Assembly (NCBI GenBank): GCA_025963875.1
Contig: JAOPZY010000119.1
Coordinates: 1-44,754 of the forward strand
Source: Actinomycetota bacterium
GTDB taxonomy: Bacteria > Actinomycetota > CADDZG01 > JAHWKV01 > JAOPZY01
Direction of reading: 5' to 3'
DNA length: 44,754 nt
Below, in pieces: positions 1 to 8,585 of this stretch. How positions within the stretch are numbered: the stretch's first letter is position 1; each line of letters opens with the position of its first letter. Position numbers and translations under genes: made by a program. The notes under the pieces are model-generated. The model had not been told where the DNA came from, ran no database searches, and saw nothing but the letters and a program-made list of their open reading frames with translations.

Positions 1-47
1 CCCTGCGGCTTCACGCGACCGAGCACCTTCACCTCCGGGGGAGTCAT
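1..47 (-). CDS. Possible 5' end of a gene running off the left edge (MTPPEVKVLGRVKPQ...)
   Basis: ATG at 47 with a GGGGGAGA SD-like sequence upstream, same strand as the neighbouring kinase; too short to identify. Confidence 0.3.
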   Translation of the reverse strand, partial: MTPPEVKVLGRVKPQ

Positions 48-121
48 GAACTACGGTGCTGTGATTCTCCCCCGCCCAGCCGCCGATCGCGAGCATCGCG
101 GCCGACTTTATGCCGGCTCAC

Positions 122-1069
122 CTAGAGGTCTGAGCGCAGCGCCGAGGCCAGCTGGAGCGACTCGACGCTCATCATCGACTTGAAGTCGTCGAAGCGCTGG
201 CGGATGTCGGCGTCCGTCAGGGCCTGGACCCGCTCCGTGCCGAAGCCCTCGACGTTGAACGAGGCCATCACCGAGCCGACCGCCATCGCCCGGCGCAGCA
301 CCGCCTGCGACAGGTCCCCGTCGCCGTGGCCCTCCAGGTACCCGAAGAACCCGCCGGCGAAGCTGTCCCCGGCCCCGGTCGGATCGACCACGGTCTCCAG
401 CGGGTAGCCGGGCATGCCGAAGAAGCCCTCCTCGCCGAAGAGCGCCGCTCCGTACTCGCCCCGTTTCACGACCACGAAGCGGGGCCCCAGCTCGCGGAGC
501 TTGCGGGCAGCCCGGACGGTGTTGGGCTCCTCGGTGAGGGAGCGGACCTCGGCATCGTTGAGCAGCACGGCGTCGACGGTGCGGATGGCATCGATCAGGG
601 CGCCCCGCTGGGTGTCGATCCAGAGGTTCATCGAGTCGAGGCCCACGAGACCTCCTCCCTCGTACTCCGACCGGACTGCCGACTGGAGGCCCGGCTGGAT
701 GTTGCCGAGGAACAGGGCGCTTGCCGTCCTCGACCCCTCGGAGAGCTTGGGCTGGAAGCCGGCGAAGACGTTGAGCTGCGTGTCCAGGGTCTGGGCGGCG
801 TTGAGGTCGAAGTCGTAGCGGCCCCGCCAGAAGAAGGTCGAGCCACCCGCCACCCGCTCCAGGTCCTCGGTGTCGATGCCGCGTCGGGTGAGCACCGCGA
901 CCTCCTCTTCGCCGAAGTCCTCCCCGACGATCCCGACCACCCGTACCTGGGTGAAGAAGCTCGCGGCCAGCGAGAAGTGCGTGGCCGAACCCCCCAGCAT
1001 CCGCTCGCGCTCCCCGAAGGGAGTGGCGACGGAATCGAACGCGACGGAGCCAACCACGACCAATGACAT
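122..1069 (-). CDS. PfkB/ribokinase-family carbohydrate or nucleoside kinase
   Basis: N-terminal VVGSVAFD and GGSA motifs, C-terminal DPTGAGDSFAGG signature; start moved to ATG 1069. Confidence 0.9.
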   Translation of the reverse strand: MSLVVVGSVAFDSVATPFGERERMLGGSATHFSLAASFFTQVRVVGIVGEDFGEEEVAVLTRRGIDTEDLERVAGGSTFFWRGRYDFDLNAAQTLDTQLNVFAGFQPKLSEGSRTASALFLGNIQPGLQSAVRSEYEGGGLVGLDSMNLWIDTQRGALIDAIRTVDAVLLNDAEVRSLTEEPNTVRAARKLRELGPRFVVVKRGEYGAALFGEEGFFGMPGYPLETVVDPTGAGDSFAGGFFGYLEGHGDGDLSQAVLRRAMAVGSVMASFNVEGFGTERVQALTDADIRQRFDDFKSMMSVESLQLASALRSDL

Positions 1070-1155
1070 GACGGCCGGTATCGTCCCATACCGGGTGGGA
1101 AGACTGCGTCCTGGGTGGGACACTGTCCCGCAACACCAATTTGAGGAGGTCCCAA

Positions 1156-1734
1156 ATGGCAGGTCAACTATCCGGCAAGTCCATCGCCTTCTTCGCAGCC
1201 AACGAGGGCGTCGAGCAGGTGGAGCTTACGACGCCGTGGGAGCGCATCGGCGAGGCGGGGGCGACCGTCGAGATGATCTCGATCCAGAAGGGTGAGATCC
1301 AGATGATGAACCACCTGGACAAGGCCGACAGGTTCCCCGTCGACAAGATCGTCGCGGAGGCGGAGCCCGCCCGCTACGATGGCTTGGTGCTCCCTGGCGG
1401 CGTCGCGAACCCGGACCTGGCCCGGATGAACCCTCAGGCCGTGGCCTTCGTGAAGGCGTTCTTCGACACCGGCAAGCCCGTCGCCGCCATCTGCCACGCC
1501 CCGTGGATGCTGGTCGAGGCCGACGTGGTGCGAGGCAGGACGGTCACGTCCTGGCCGAGCCTGCGCACCGATATCCGCAACGCCGGCGGCACGTGGGTCG
1601 ACGAGCAGGTCGTCGTCGAGAAGGGCCTCGTGACGAGCCGCAAGCCCGACGACCTCGATGCGTTCTGCCAGGCGGCCATCGAGGAGTTCGCGGAGGGCGC
1701 CATCGCCCATGGCCAGGAGCGCCGGAGTGCGTGA
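1156..1734 (+). CDS. DJ-1/PfpI family type 1 glutamine amidotransferase-like protein
   Basis: GVEQVEL, DGLVLPGG, AAICHAP, LVTSRKPDD motifs; GAGGAGG SD before ATG 1156. Confidence 0.92.
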   Translation: MAGQLSGKSIAFFAANEGVEQVELTTPWERIGEAGATVEMISIQKGEIQMMNHLDKADRFPVDKIVAEAEPARYDGLVLPGGVANPDLARMNPQAVAFVKAFFDTGKPVAAICHAPWMLVEADVVRGRTVTSWPSLRTDIRNAGGTWVDEQVVVEKGLVTSRKPDDLDAFCQAAIEEFAEGAIAHGQERRSA

Positions 1735-1798
1735 GGCGTGAGGTCCGCAAAGAAAGCCGTGCCTGACGCGGAGCACTCTGCGGACTTCCCGCGCAGCC

Positions 1799-2890
1799 TT
1801 GCCCGATAGCGAGCCCCTGTCGCTGGTCTCCCTCCGGGAGGCCGGCGGCGGGGACTCCGTGCCGCCGCCCCCCCCGCCCGATGAGCCGCGACCGCAACGG
1901 TCCCTGCGGCGGCTGTGGTGGCCGGGTGCTGCGGTGGCCGGTGTCACCCTGCTGGCGGGGGCCGTCTTCGTGCTGGCCCCGTCGGGACGGCCGGCCCTCG
2001 GCCGACCCCGGCCTGCCGTCTCGCCATCCGGAGGGCCGAGCGCCGCCAGGCCAGCCCCGGCCGCCGTCGCGGAAGCTGCCTCCGGCCCCATTGGCGGCCC
2101 CATCCCCGATGCCCGCTTCGCACCCGGCGCCTGTGTCGTCCTTCCTCCCACCGGCGCCGATCGCCACCAGACCGTCTTCCTCGACCCCGGCCACGGCGGT
2201 CCCGACCCGGGGACGATCGGTATCACCGAGGGGGGTCACGCCGTCGACGAGTCAGCCCTCACGCTCTCCACGGCCCTCGCCGCGGCGCCGCTCCTCCGGG
2301 GACAGGGCTACCGGGTGGTGCTGTCCCGTACCGGCAACTCGACGGTCGGGGTCATGGGTGCCGGCGACCTCCTGAGCGGCACCTTCACGGGGCAGGGGGC
2401 GCTCAAGGACCTGACCGCCCGGGCCGCCTGCGCCAACCTCGCCCGGGCGGCGGCGCTGGTGAGCATCCACTACAACGCCGGAGGCAGCCCTGCGAACGCC
2501 GGCATGGTCACGATCTACGACGACGTCCGTCCGTTCTCTGCCCGCAGCCTGCGGTTGGCGTCCCTCCTCCAAACCGAGATCCTCGCCTCCATGAACGGCA
2601 GGGGGTGGGGGATTCCCGACAGCGGCGTCAGGAACGACGCCTCCGCCGGAGGGACGGCGATCGATGCCGCGGACCGGGCGTACGGCCGGCTGGTGCTCCT
2701 GGGACCGGCCGCCGAGGGATACCTCGCCACGCCGAGCGAGATGCCCGGAGCCGTCGTCGAGCCGCTCTTCATCACCGATCCGTTCGAAGCCTCGATCGCC
2801 GCCGGCGCAGCTGGGCAGCAGGCAATTGCTGCGGGCATCGTCCGGGCCGTCGACACGTTCCTGCAGCCAACGCCATCCAATGCTCCATAA
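1799..2890 (+). CDS. Membrane-anchored N-acetylmuramoyl-L-alanine amidase (Amidase_3)
   Basis: FLDPGHGG, ES, SIHYN and VVEPLF Zn/catalytic motifs after a hydrophobic helix and Pro/Ala linker; start uncertain. Confidence 0.85.
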   Translation: MPDSEPLSLVSLREAGGGDSVPPPPPPDEPRPQRSLRRLWWPGAAVAGVTLLAGAVFVLAPSGRPALGRPRPAVSPSGGPSAARPAPAAVAEAASGPIGGPIPDARFAPGACVVLPPTGADRHQTVFLDPGHGGPDPGTIGITEGGHAVDESALTLSTALAAAPLLRGQGYRVVLSRTGNSTVGVMGAGDLLSGTFTGQGALKDLTARAACANLARAAALVSIHYNAGGSPANAGMVTIYDDVRPFSARSLRLASLLQTEILASMNGRGWGIPDSGVRNDASAGGTAIDAADRAYGRLVLLGPAAEGYLATPSEMPGAVVEPLFITDPFEASIAAGAAGQQAIAAGIVRAVDTFLQPTPSNAP

Positions 2891-2920
2891 CGCTCCTCTA
2901 AATGTCTTTGAGTATATTCT

Positions 2921-3535
2921 GTGGTAGAACCCCGCTTTTTACTCACAGGCCGGTCTCAGACCGCGGCATCCTCCGGCCCGGGGCCGGCGGAGATCGCCGC
3001 CGCCTGGGGCAGCACGATCGAGGACGTCATTGCACCCGGCCTCAAGGTCCTGTTCTGCGGGATCAACCCGAGCCTCTACTCGGCAGCGGTGGGTCACCAC
3101 TTCGCCCGCCCGGGTAACCGCTTCTGGCCGGCCCTCCACCTCGCCGGGTTCACCGGCCGCGTGCTGAGCCCCTTCGAGGACGAGTTGGCGCTGCGCCACG
3201 GACTGGGTGTGACCAATCTGGTGGCCAGGGCCACGGCATCGGCGCAGGATCTCTCCCGGGAGGAGCTTCGCGAGGGCGGCAAGGCGCTGGCAGACAAGGT
3301 TCTGCGGTATGCACCGGGCGTGCTCGCCGTGGTCGGCATCGGCGCCTACCGGATGGCGTTCGACCAACCTCGAGCCACGATTGGGCCACAAGGCCAACAG
3401 CTGGGCGGCCGCCCGGTGTGGGTGCTGCCCAACCCGAGCGGGCTCAACGCCCACTACCAGCTCCCCGACCTTGCTGCCCAGTTCCGCCGGCTCCGGGAGG
3501 CGATTGACCTTCCTGATCCATGCTCCAGCTGTTGA
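2921..3535 (+). CDS. mug: G/U mismatch-specific uracil-DNA glycosylase
   Basis: VLFCGINPS, HHFARPGNRFW, LPNPSGLNA motifs; start uncertain. Confidence 0.9.
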   Translation: MVEPRFLLTGRSQTAASSGPGPAEIAAAWGSTIEDVIAPGLKVLFCGINPSLYSAAVGHHFARPGNRFWPALHLAGFTGRVLSPFEDELALRHGLGVTNLVARATASAQDLSREELREGGKALADKVLRYAPGVLAVVGIGAYRMAFDQPRATIGPQGQQLGGRPVWVLPNPSGLNAHYQLPDLAAQFRRLREAIDLPDPCSSC

Positions 3536-3604
3536 CAGCCCTTCTTCGGCGCCGGGGCAAGTGGAGCACAATCATGGATGGTGGCTTGGGAGAGGGGAGC
3601 TCGG

Positions 3605-5182
3605 ATGAATACGAAGGTCTACCGAAGCGAGCTGACGCCGGTCGCGTTCTTGCAGCGGAGCGCCTACGTTTTTCCCGACAAGACCGCGGTCGTCCACGGA
3701 GAGCGCCGCTACTCGTATCGGGAGTTCGAAGAGCGGGTGAACCGGCTGGCTTCGGCTCTACGGCGAGCGGGACTCGACAAGCATGACCGGGTTGCGTTTC
3801 TCTGCCCCAACATTCCACCGCTGCTCGAGGCACACTTCGCCGTCCCGGCCGCGGGCGGCATCCTCGTCGCCGTCAACACGCGCCTGGGGTCTGAGGAAGT
3901 CGCCTACATCCTCTCCCACTCGGGCGCCCGGTTCCTCTTCGTCGACCGCGAGCTCGAACCCGTCGTCGCTCCCGTCGACACCTCCCGGATCGAAGTCGTG
4001 CGCGTGGACGACACGGGAGCACCCGGAGACCCCTACGAGGATTTCCTCGCGGGCGGTTCCCCGGAGCCGGTCGAGAGCTGGCTCGAGGACGAGGAGGAGC
4101 CCATCTCCATCAACTACACCTCGGGGACCACCGGCCGGCCGAAGGGAGTGGTCTACACCCACCGCGGGGCCTACCTGAATGCCCTCGGCGAGGTGATCGA
4201 GATGGGACTCGGCTACCCCAGCGTGTACCTGTGGAACCTGCCGATGTTCCACTGCAACGGCTGGTGTTTCACGTGGGCGGTCACGGCAGTTGCCGGTCGC
4301 CACGTCTGCCTGCGCCGGGTGGACCCCGGCCGGACCTGGGAGCTCCTCGATTCCGAAGCCATCACACATTACAGCGGTGCCCCAACGGTGCACATCGGCG
4401 TCGTCAACCATCCGGCGGCGCACCGGCTGGAACGCGAGGTCACGGTGACCCTCGCGGGAGCCCCACCGTCGCCCACACTCCTGGGACGCCTGCGCGAGCT
4501 CAACTTTCGGCCGATCCATGTCTATGGCCTCACCGAGACCTACGGCCCGATCACGGTGTGCGCGTGGCACGAGGAGTGGAACGATCTGCCCGACGACGAG
4601 CAGGCGCGGCTCCGCGCCCGCCAGGGCCAGGCGTACCTCGTTGCCGATCTCGTCCGCGTGGTGGGCGACGAGATGCTCGACGTCCCCCGCGAGGGGTCAG
4701 TGCTCGGCGAGGTCGCGATGCGAGGCAACAACGTGATGAAGGAGTACTACCGGCAACCGGAGGCAACCTCGGAGGCCTTCCGGGGCGGATGGTTCCACTC
4801 GGGCGACCTCGCCGTCTGGCACCCCGATGGCTACATCGAGCTCCGGGACCGGAAGAAGGACGTCATCATCTCGGGCGGCGAGAACATATCGACCATCGAG
4901 GTGGAGCAGGCCATCGCCAGGCACCCGGCCGTGCTGGAGTGTGCGGTGGTCGCGATCCCGCACGAGACCTGGGGCGAGCGGCCCAAGGCGTTCGTGACCC
5001 TGAAGCCGCAGACCGCCGCCAGCGAGGCGGAGATCATCGAGTTCTGCCGTGAGCGCCTGGCGCATTTCAAGTGCCCGGACGCGGTCGAGTTCTGCGAGCT
5101 GCCCAAGACGTCGACCGGGAAGGTCCAGAAGTACGTGCTGCGGGACAAGGAGTGGTCCGGCTTCGACCGGCGCATCCACTAG
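3605..5182 (+). CDS. Acyl-CoA synthetase (AMP-binding enzyme)
   Basis: YTSGTTGRPKG, YGLTETYGP, DRKKDVIISGGENIS, LPKTSTGK; SD before ATG 3605. Confidence 0.93.
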   Translation: MNTKVYRSELTPVAFLQRSAYVFPDKTAVVHGERRYSYREFEERVNRLASALRRAGLDKHDRVAFLCPNIPPLLEAHFAVPAAGGILVAVNTRLGSEEVAYILSHSGARFLFVDRELEPVVAPVDTSRIEVVRVDDTGAPGDPYEDFLAGGSPEPVESWLEDEEEPISINYTSGTTGRPKGVVYTHRGAYLNALGEVIEMGLGYPSVYLWNLPMFHCNGWCFTWAVTAVAGRHVCLRRVDPGRTWELLDSEAITHYSGAPTVHIGVVNHPAAHRLEREVTVTLAGAPPSPTLLGRLRELNFRPIHVYGLTETYGPITVCAWHEEWNDLPDDEQARLRARQGQAYLVADLVRVVGDEMLDVPREGSVLGEVAMRGNNVMKEYYRQPEATSEAFRGGWFHSGDLAVWHPDGYIELRDRKKDVIISGGENISTIEVEQAIARHPAVLECAVVAIPHETWGERPKAFVTLKPQTAASEAEIIEFCRERLAHFKCPDAVEFCELPKTSTGKVQKYVLRDKEWSGFDRRIH

Positions 5183-5189
5183 TTGTCGC

Positions 5190-6005
5190 TCAGGGAGCGC
5201 TCGCCGTACCGTTCCCCGTGAGGAAGGCAGCGACCTCGCGGTCGGCGTCCGGCTCGTCGGTGGGGTAGAGATGAGCGGCGCAGCGCAGTTCAATCAGGCG
5301 CGCGGCTGGGATCAGCCCGGCGAGCAGGCGTCCGTTGGCGGGCGGCACCATCACGTCCTCCTCGCCGTGGACGACGAGGGTCGGCGCCGGCATCAGCGGC
5401 AGGCGATCGTACGCGTCGTGACCGAGGGAGGCGGCGAGCTGGGCGGCGTAGGGTTCCGGCTCGATGGGGAACCGCAACCGCTGGCGGATGTCCTGCGAGA
5501 TGCGGTCCCCGTGCTCGGCGCGGGTCCGTGCGGCGTAGTTGTAGGGAACGGAGGCCCAGACCGCTTCCTCGGCCGGCATCTGGCCGCGGCGGTGGAAGAA
5601 CGCGAGCGTCGGTCCGTCGGCCGCGACGGCGCGATCACCTCCCGGGGTCGTCGCGCCCAGCACGAGTCGCGCCACCCGATCTGGGTGTCGCAGCGCGATC
5701 TCCTGCGCGATCATGCCGCCGAGGGAAATACCGTAGACGTGGGCGCGCTCAACGCCGGCGGCGTCGAGCACCGCGACCGCGTCGTCCGCCATCAGGGCGG
5801 TGGTGTACGGGCCCGTGGGCCGGTCGCTGCGCCCGACGCCGCGGTTGTCGAACGTGAGCACCCTCAACCCCGCGGCGGCGAGCACGGGAACGGTGCGCCA
5901 CCAGCCGGTCGCGTTCATCCCCAGACCCATGACGCAGATGACGGGCGCGCCTTCGCCTGTGCTCTCCCAATAGAGGGAGACCGTCTGGTTGAGTGCCAAG
6001 GGCAT
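5190..6005 (-). CDS. Alpha/beta fold hydrolase
   Basis: FDNRGVGRS, GISLGG nucleophile elbow, HGEED, C-terminal His. Confidence 0.9.
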   Translation of the reverse strand: MPLALNQTVSLYWESTGEGAPVICVMGLGMNATGWWRTVPVLAAAGLRVLTFDNRGVGRSDRPTGPYTTALMADDAVAVLDAAGVERAHVYGISLGGMIAQEIALRHPDRVARLVLGATTPGGDRAVAADGPTLAFFHRRGQMPAEEAVWASVPYNYAARTRAEHGDRISQDIRQRLRFPIEPEPYAAQLAASLGHDAYDRLPLMPAPTLVVHGEEDVMVPPANGRLLAGLIPAARLIELRCAAHLYPTDEPDADREVAAFLTGNGTASAP

Positions 6006-6055
6006 TTCGATCCTCCGCGGCTTTTGGCCGCTAGCCCCCCGTGCGGGTAGGGAGG

Positions 6056-6385
6056 TCAGCCACCACAGTCGACGGCGACCTCGAGCGCCTCGCAGATCTG
6101 GCGCATCCGCCCGTCGCTGAGCCGCCCGAGGCGTTCGACGAGGACGGCGACAGAGACGCTCTCGATCGAGTCAAGATTCACTCCGGATAGCCGTGGGATG
6201 GGATCGTCGCCGGATTCCAGCACGACCTCGCTGGGGAGGTCCCGGATGGTCGTGGTGCACGGGGCAACCAGCGCACGTCGAAGCCTCGGGATGGCAGCGT
6301 CGCGCGAGAGGACCACAACCGGGCGGCGGCCGACGTCGGACGGCTCGCACCACCAGACTTCCCCTCGGGAAGGAAGCGCGTTCAG
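6056..6385 (-). CDS. mazF: MazF/PemK family endoribonuclease toxin, resembling M. tuberculosis MazF5
   Basis: [29 protein letters not shown]; probable CTG start overlapping the antitoxin TGA; MazF5 similarity recalled from memory. Confidence 0.88.
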   Translation of the reverse strand: MNALPSRGEVWWCEPSDVGRRPVVVLSRDAAIPRLRRALVAPCTTTIRDLPSEVVLESGDDPIPRLSGVNLDSIESVSVAVLVERLGRLSDGRMRQICEALEVAVDCGG

Positions 6386-6618
6386 GATGCCGCAGCAGCT
6401 TGGCGGAACGACGCCAGATCGCCCCATTCATCGGGCTCCTCGAGCGGGTGTTCGTCATATGCCGCGTAGGCGGCATCGATTTGGGCCGAACGGTGCCGGC
6501 CAAGGAGCGCTCCCAGGGCTTCGTCGAGAAGCGCTGCGTCGGTGAGTTGCGAACGAAGTTGGCGCGCACTTGCGAGAAGATGCTCGTCGACTGTGGTACT
6601 CACTCGTATGCGGGCCAT
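6382..6618 (-). CDS. mazE: MazE5-like antitoxin
   Basis: 78-aa ORF directly upstream of the toxin; [10 protein letters not shown]-terminus and acidic [11 protein letters not shown]-terminus. Confidence 0.85.
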   Translation of the reverse strand: MARIRVSTTVDEHLLASARQLRSQLTDAALLDEALGALLGRHRSAQIDAAYAAYDEHPLEEPDEWGDLASFRQAAAAS

Positions 6619-6624
6619 AGCATG

Positions 6625-6645
6625 AGTATGCCATCTTTATGCCAT
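6625..6645 (-). promoter_or_regulatory. mazEF -10 box (CATACT) overlapped by two ATGGCATA direct repeats (putative operator)
   Basis: TATGCCAT on + at 6627-6634 and 6638-6645; -10 lies 6 nt before the ATG. Confidence 0.55.
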
Positions 6646-6671
6646 GCCCAAACGAACCTTCCCTTCGGCAG

Positions 6672-7697
6672 GTGAACCGCTCCGTCCTCCACGTGGACCT
6701 GGACCAGTTCATCGCCGCGGTCGAGGTGCTCCGCCATCCCGAGCTCGCAGGCCTGCCCGTCGTGGTGGGTGGGGACGGCGATCCCTCCAAGCGGGGGGTC
6801 GTGTCCACCGCCAGCTACGAGGCCCGCGAGTACGGGATCCGGTCGGGGATGGCCCTCCGCACCGCCTACCGCAGGTGTCCCCAGGCGGTGTTCCTGCCGG
6901 TCGACCGCGACGTGTACCTCTCCGCCTCCGCCCGGGTCATGGACACGCTGCGGACCTTCCCGGCCGTCGTCGAGGTGATGGGCTGGGACGAGGCGTTCAT
7001 GGGCCTGGAGACGGCTGCCCCCGAGGCGGTGGCCGCTGAGGTTCAGAGGGCCGTCCTCGAGCGCACGGCCCTCTGGTGCTCGATCGGCGTCGGCGACAAC
7101 AAGCTCAGGGCCAAGCTCGCCACCGGCTTCGCCAAGCCCGCCGGCGTGTTCTCGCTGACCGGGGACAACTGGCACGCGGTGATGGAGGGACGCCCCACGG
7201 AGGCCCTCTGGGGCATCGGCACCAAGACCGCACGCAAGCTCGCCGCCCTGGGCATCCGGACCGTCGCCGAGCTGGCCAGGGCCGACGTTGGAGAGCTGGT
7301 GCGTGCGTTCGGCCCGAACACGGGGCCATGGCTTGCCCAGCTGGCCCGGGGGGAGGCGACGAGCGAGGTGAGCGCCGAGCCCCGCGTGGCGAGGGGTCAC
7401 GGCAAGGAGCGGACCTACCAGCTGGACCTGACGGACGCCGAGGAGATCCGCCGGGAGCTGTGCACCCTGGCCCGGGAGCTGGCGGCAGACCTGGCCGGCG
7501 AGGGACGGAAGGCGGTCCGCATCCTGGTGAAGGTGCGGTTCGCGCCCTTCTTCACGACGAGCCACAGCGTGACGCTGCCCAAGCCGGCGCTCGACCCCGC
7601 GGCGATCGAGCGTGGTGCCCTGGCGGCGCTGGAGCGATTCGACCTCGATCGGCCGGTCCGGCTTCTCGGCGTGCGGGCCGAATTGGCGCCGCCCTGA
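6672..7697 (+). CDS. dinB: Y-family DNA polymerase IV, DinB2-like
   Basis: LHVDLDQFIAAVE, ASYEAR..G, GWDEAF, AKLA..FAKP, RPVRLLGV; GTG start 6672. Confidence 0.93.
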   Translation: MNRSVLHVDLDQFIAAVEVLRHPELAGLPVVVGGDGDPSKRGVVSTASYEAREYGIRSGMALRTAYRRCPQAVFLPVDRDVYLSASARVMDTLRTFPAVVEVMGWDEAFMGLETAAPEAVAAEVQRAVLERTALWCSIGVGDNKLRAKLATGFAKPAGVFSLTGDNWHAVMEGRPTEALWGIGTKTARKLAALGIRTVAELARADVGELVRAFGPNTGPWLAQLARGEATSEVSAEPRVARGHGKERTYQLDLTDAEEIRRELCTLARELAADLAGEGRKAVRILVKVRFAPFFTTSHSVTLPKPALDPAAIERGALAALERFDLDRPVRLLGVRAELAPP

Positions 7698-7703
7698 CCG
7701 GTG

Positions 7704-7746
7704 CCGGGTGCAATTTCCCACCCCCACGGTGGTTTTTTGCACCCGG
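7704..7746. repeat. Double-stem palindrome after dinB
   Basis: CCGGGTGCAA (7704-7713) / TTGCACCCGG (7737-7746), inner CCACC/GGTGG, T-rich 4x4 internal loop. Confidence 0.75.
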
Positions 7747-7872
7747 GCCCTCGGTCGAGTGCGAGGCCTGGGCTTGAATCAGCATTCCTTGGCGGAGCTG
7801 TTGACATGGTTTTCAAACCGGGGTGGGGTGCCGGGGCTCGACCCAGGCTAATCCGAGTCGACGGCTCGGGAC

Positions 7873-7886
7873 GTTACATGTAACAT
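7873..7886 (+). promoter_or_regulatory. 12-bp palindrome GTTACATGTAAC overlapping -10 TAACAT (putative TA operator)
   Basis: Perfect palindrome 7873-7884; TAACAT 7881-7886 is 6 nt before ATG 7893. Confidence 0.65.
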
Positions 7887-7892
7887 GGTGGC

Positions 7893-8105
7893 ATGTCTAC
7901 GGCTCGAGACCGGGTAACCGAGCATCGTCAGCGGCTCCGTGCCCGCGGGCTTCGTCCAGTCCAGATCTGGGTGCCGGATGTGCGGGCTCCGGAGTTTGTG
8001 GAGGAGGCTCACCGTCAGTCGGCGGCCGTCGCTGCCGCCGAGGACGAGGCGGAGGATCAGGCATTCGTCGATTCGATCACCGCCGATTGGGACGCCAACC
8101 CCTGA
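7893..8105 (+). CDS. DUF3018-type antitoxin (MazE-like)
   Basis: RV..HRQRLRARGLRPVQIWVPDVR..EF..EAHRQS motif; upstream of a PemK toxin. Confidence 0.85.
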   Translation: MSTARDRVTEHRQRLRARGLRPVQIWVPDVRAPEFVEEAHRQSAAVAAAEDEAEDQAFVDSITADWDANP

Positions 8106-8111
8106 GTTCCA

Positions 8112-8441
8112 TTGAAGCGAGGGGAGATCTACACCGCCGCGGCCCGAGGCGCCTACACCGGTAAGCCTCGGCCTGTCGTCATCGTGCAGGACGACCGTTT
8201 CGACGCCACCGCGTCCGTGACGGTTTGTCCGTTCACGACCAACCCACTGGATGCTCCTCTGATAAGGATCGATATCGAGCCCGCTCCTGGCACCGGTTTA
8301 GGTCAGCCAAGTCGGATCATGGTCGACAAGATCACGACGATGCGCCGGGATAACTTGGGCACTCACCTCGGCAGACTGCCCAAAGCTGACCTCGTCCGCC
8401 TAGACCGGGCCCTCGTCGTCTTCCTGGGGCTCGCGGACTGA
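8112..8441 (+). CDS. mazF: MazF/PemK family toxin
   Basis: RGEIY..GKPRPVVIVQDD..CPFTT..MVDKITT..LGRL..ALVVFLGL. Confidence 0.9.
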   Translation: MKRGEIYTAAARGAYTGKPRPVVIVQDDRFDATASVTVCPFTTNPLDAPLIRIDIEPAPGTGLGQPSRIMVDKITTMRRDNLGTHLGRLPKADLVRLDRALVVFLGLAD

Positions 8442-8467
8442 GGCACGAGGCCGTGCCGGGGTAATCG

Positions 8468-8554
8468 CGGTGGAGGTGGGATTTGAACCCACGGAGCCCG
8501 TAAAGGCTCACGCGCTTTCGAGGCGCGCCCGGTCGGCCGCTTCGGTACTCCACC
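8468..8554 (-). tRNA. tRNA-Ser(CGA)
   Basis: GGTGGAG/CTCCACC acceptor stem, CGCGC-CTCGAAA-GCGCG anticodon arm, long variable arm, TTCAAAT T-loop, G73; CCA not encoded. Confidence 0.95.
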
Positions 8555-8585
8555 TCGGCCAGTATAGGGGTCCGAGGGGCGTTTC

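Noticed and set aside
2880..2930. AT-rich patch after the amidase as another hairpin copy
   Set aside because: Pairing too degenerate; more simply the mug promoter
4266..4279. parS-like GTTTCACGTG
   Set aside because: Right arm mismatched and explained by the conserved CFTW codons
6651..6668. SOS box upstream of dinB (CGAACCTTCCCTTCG)
   Set aside because: Does not fit GAAC-N4-GTTC in spacing or right half-site
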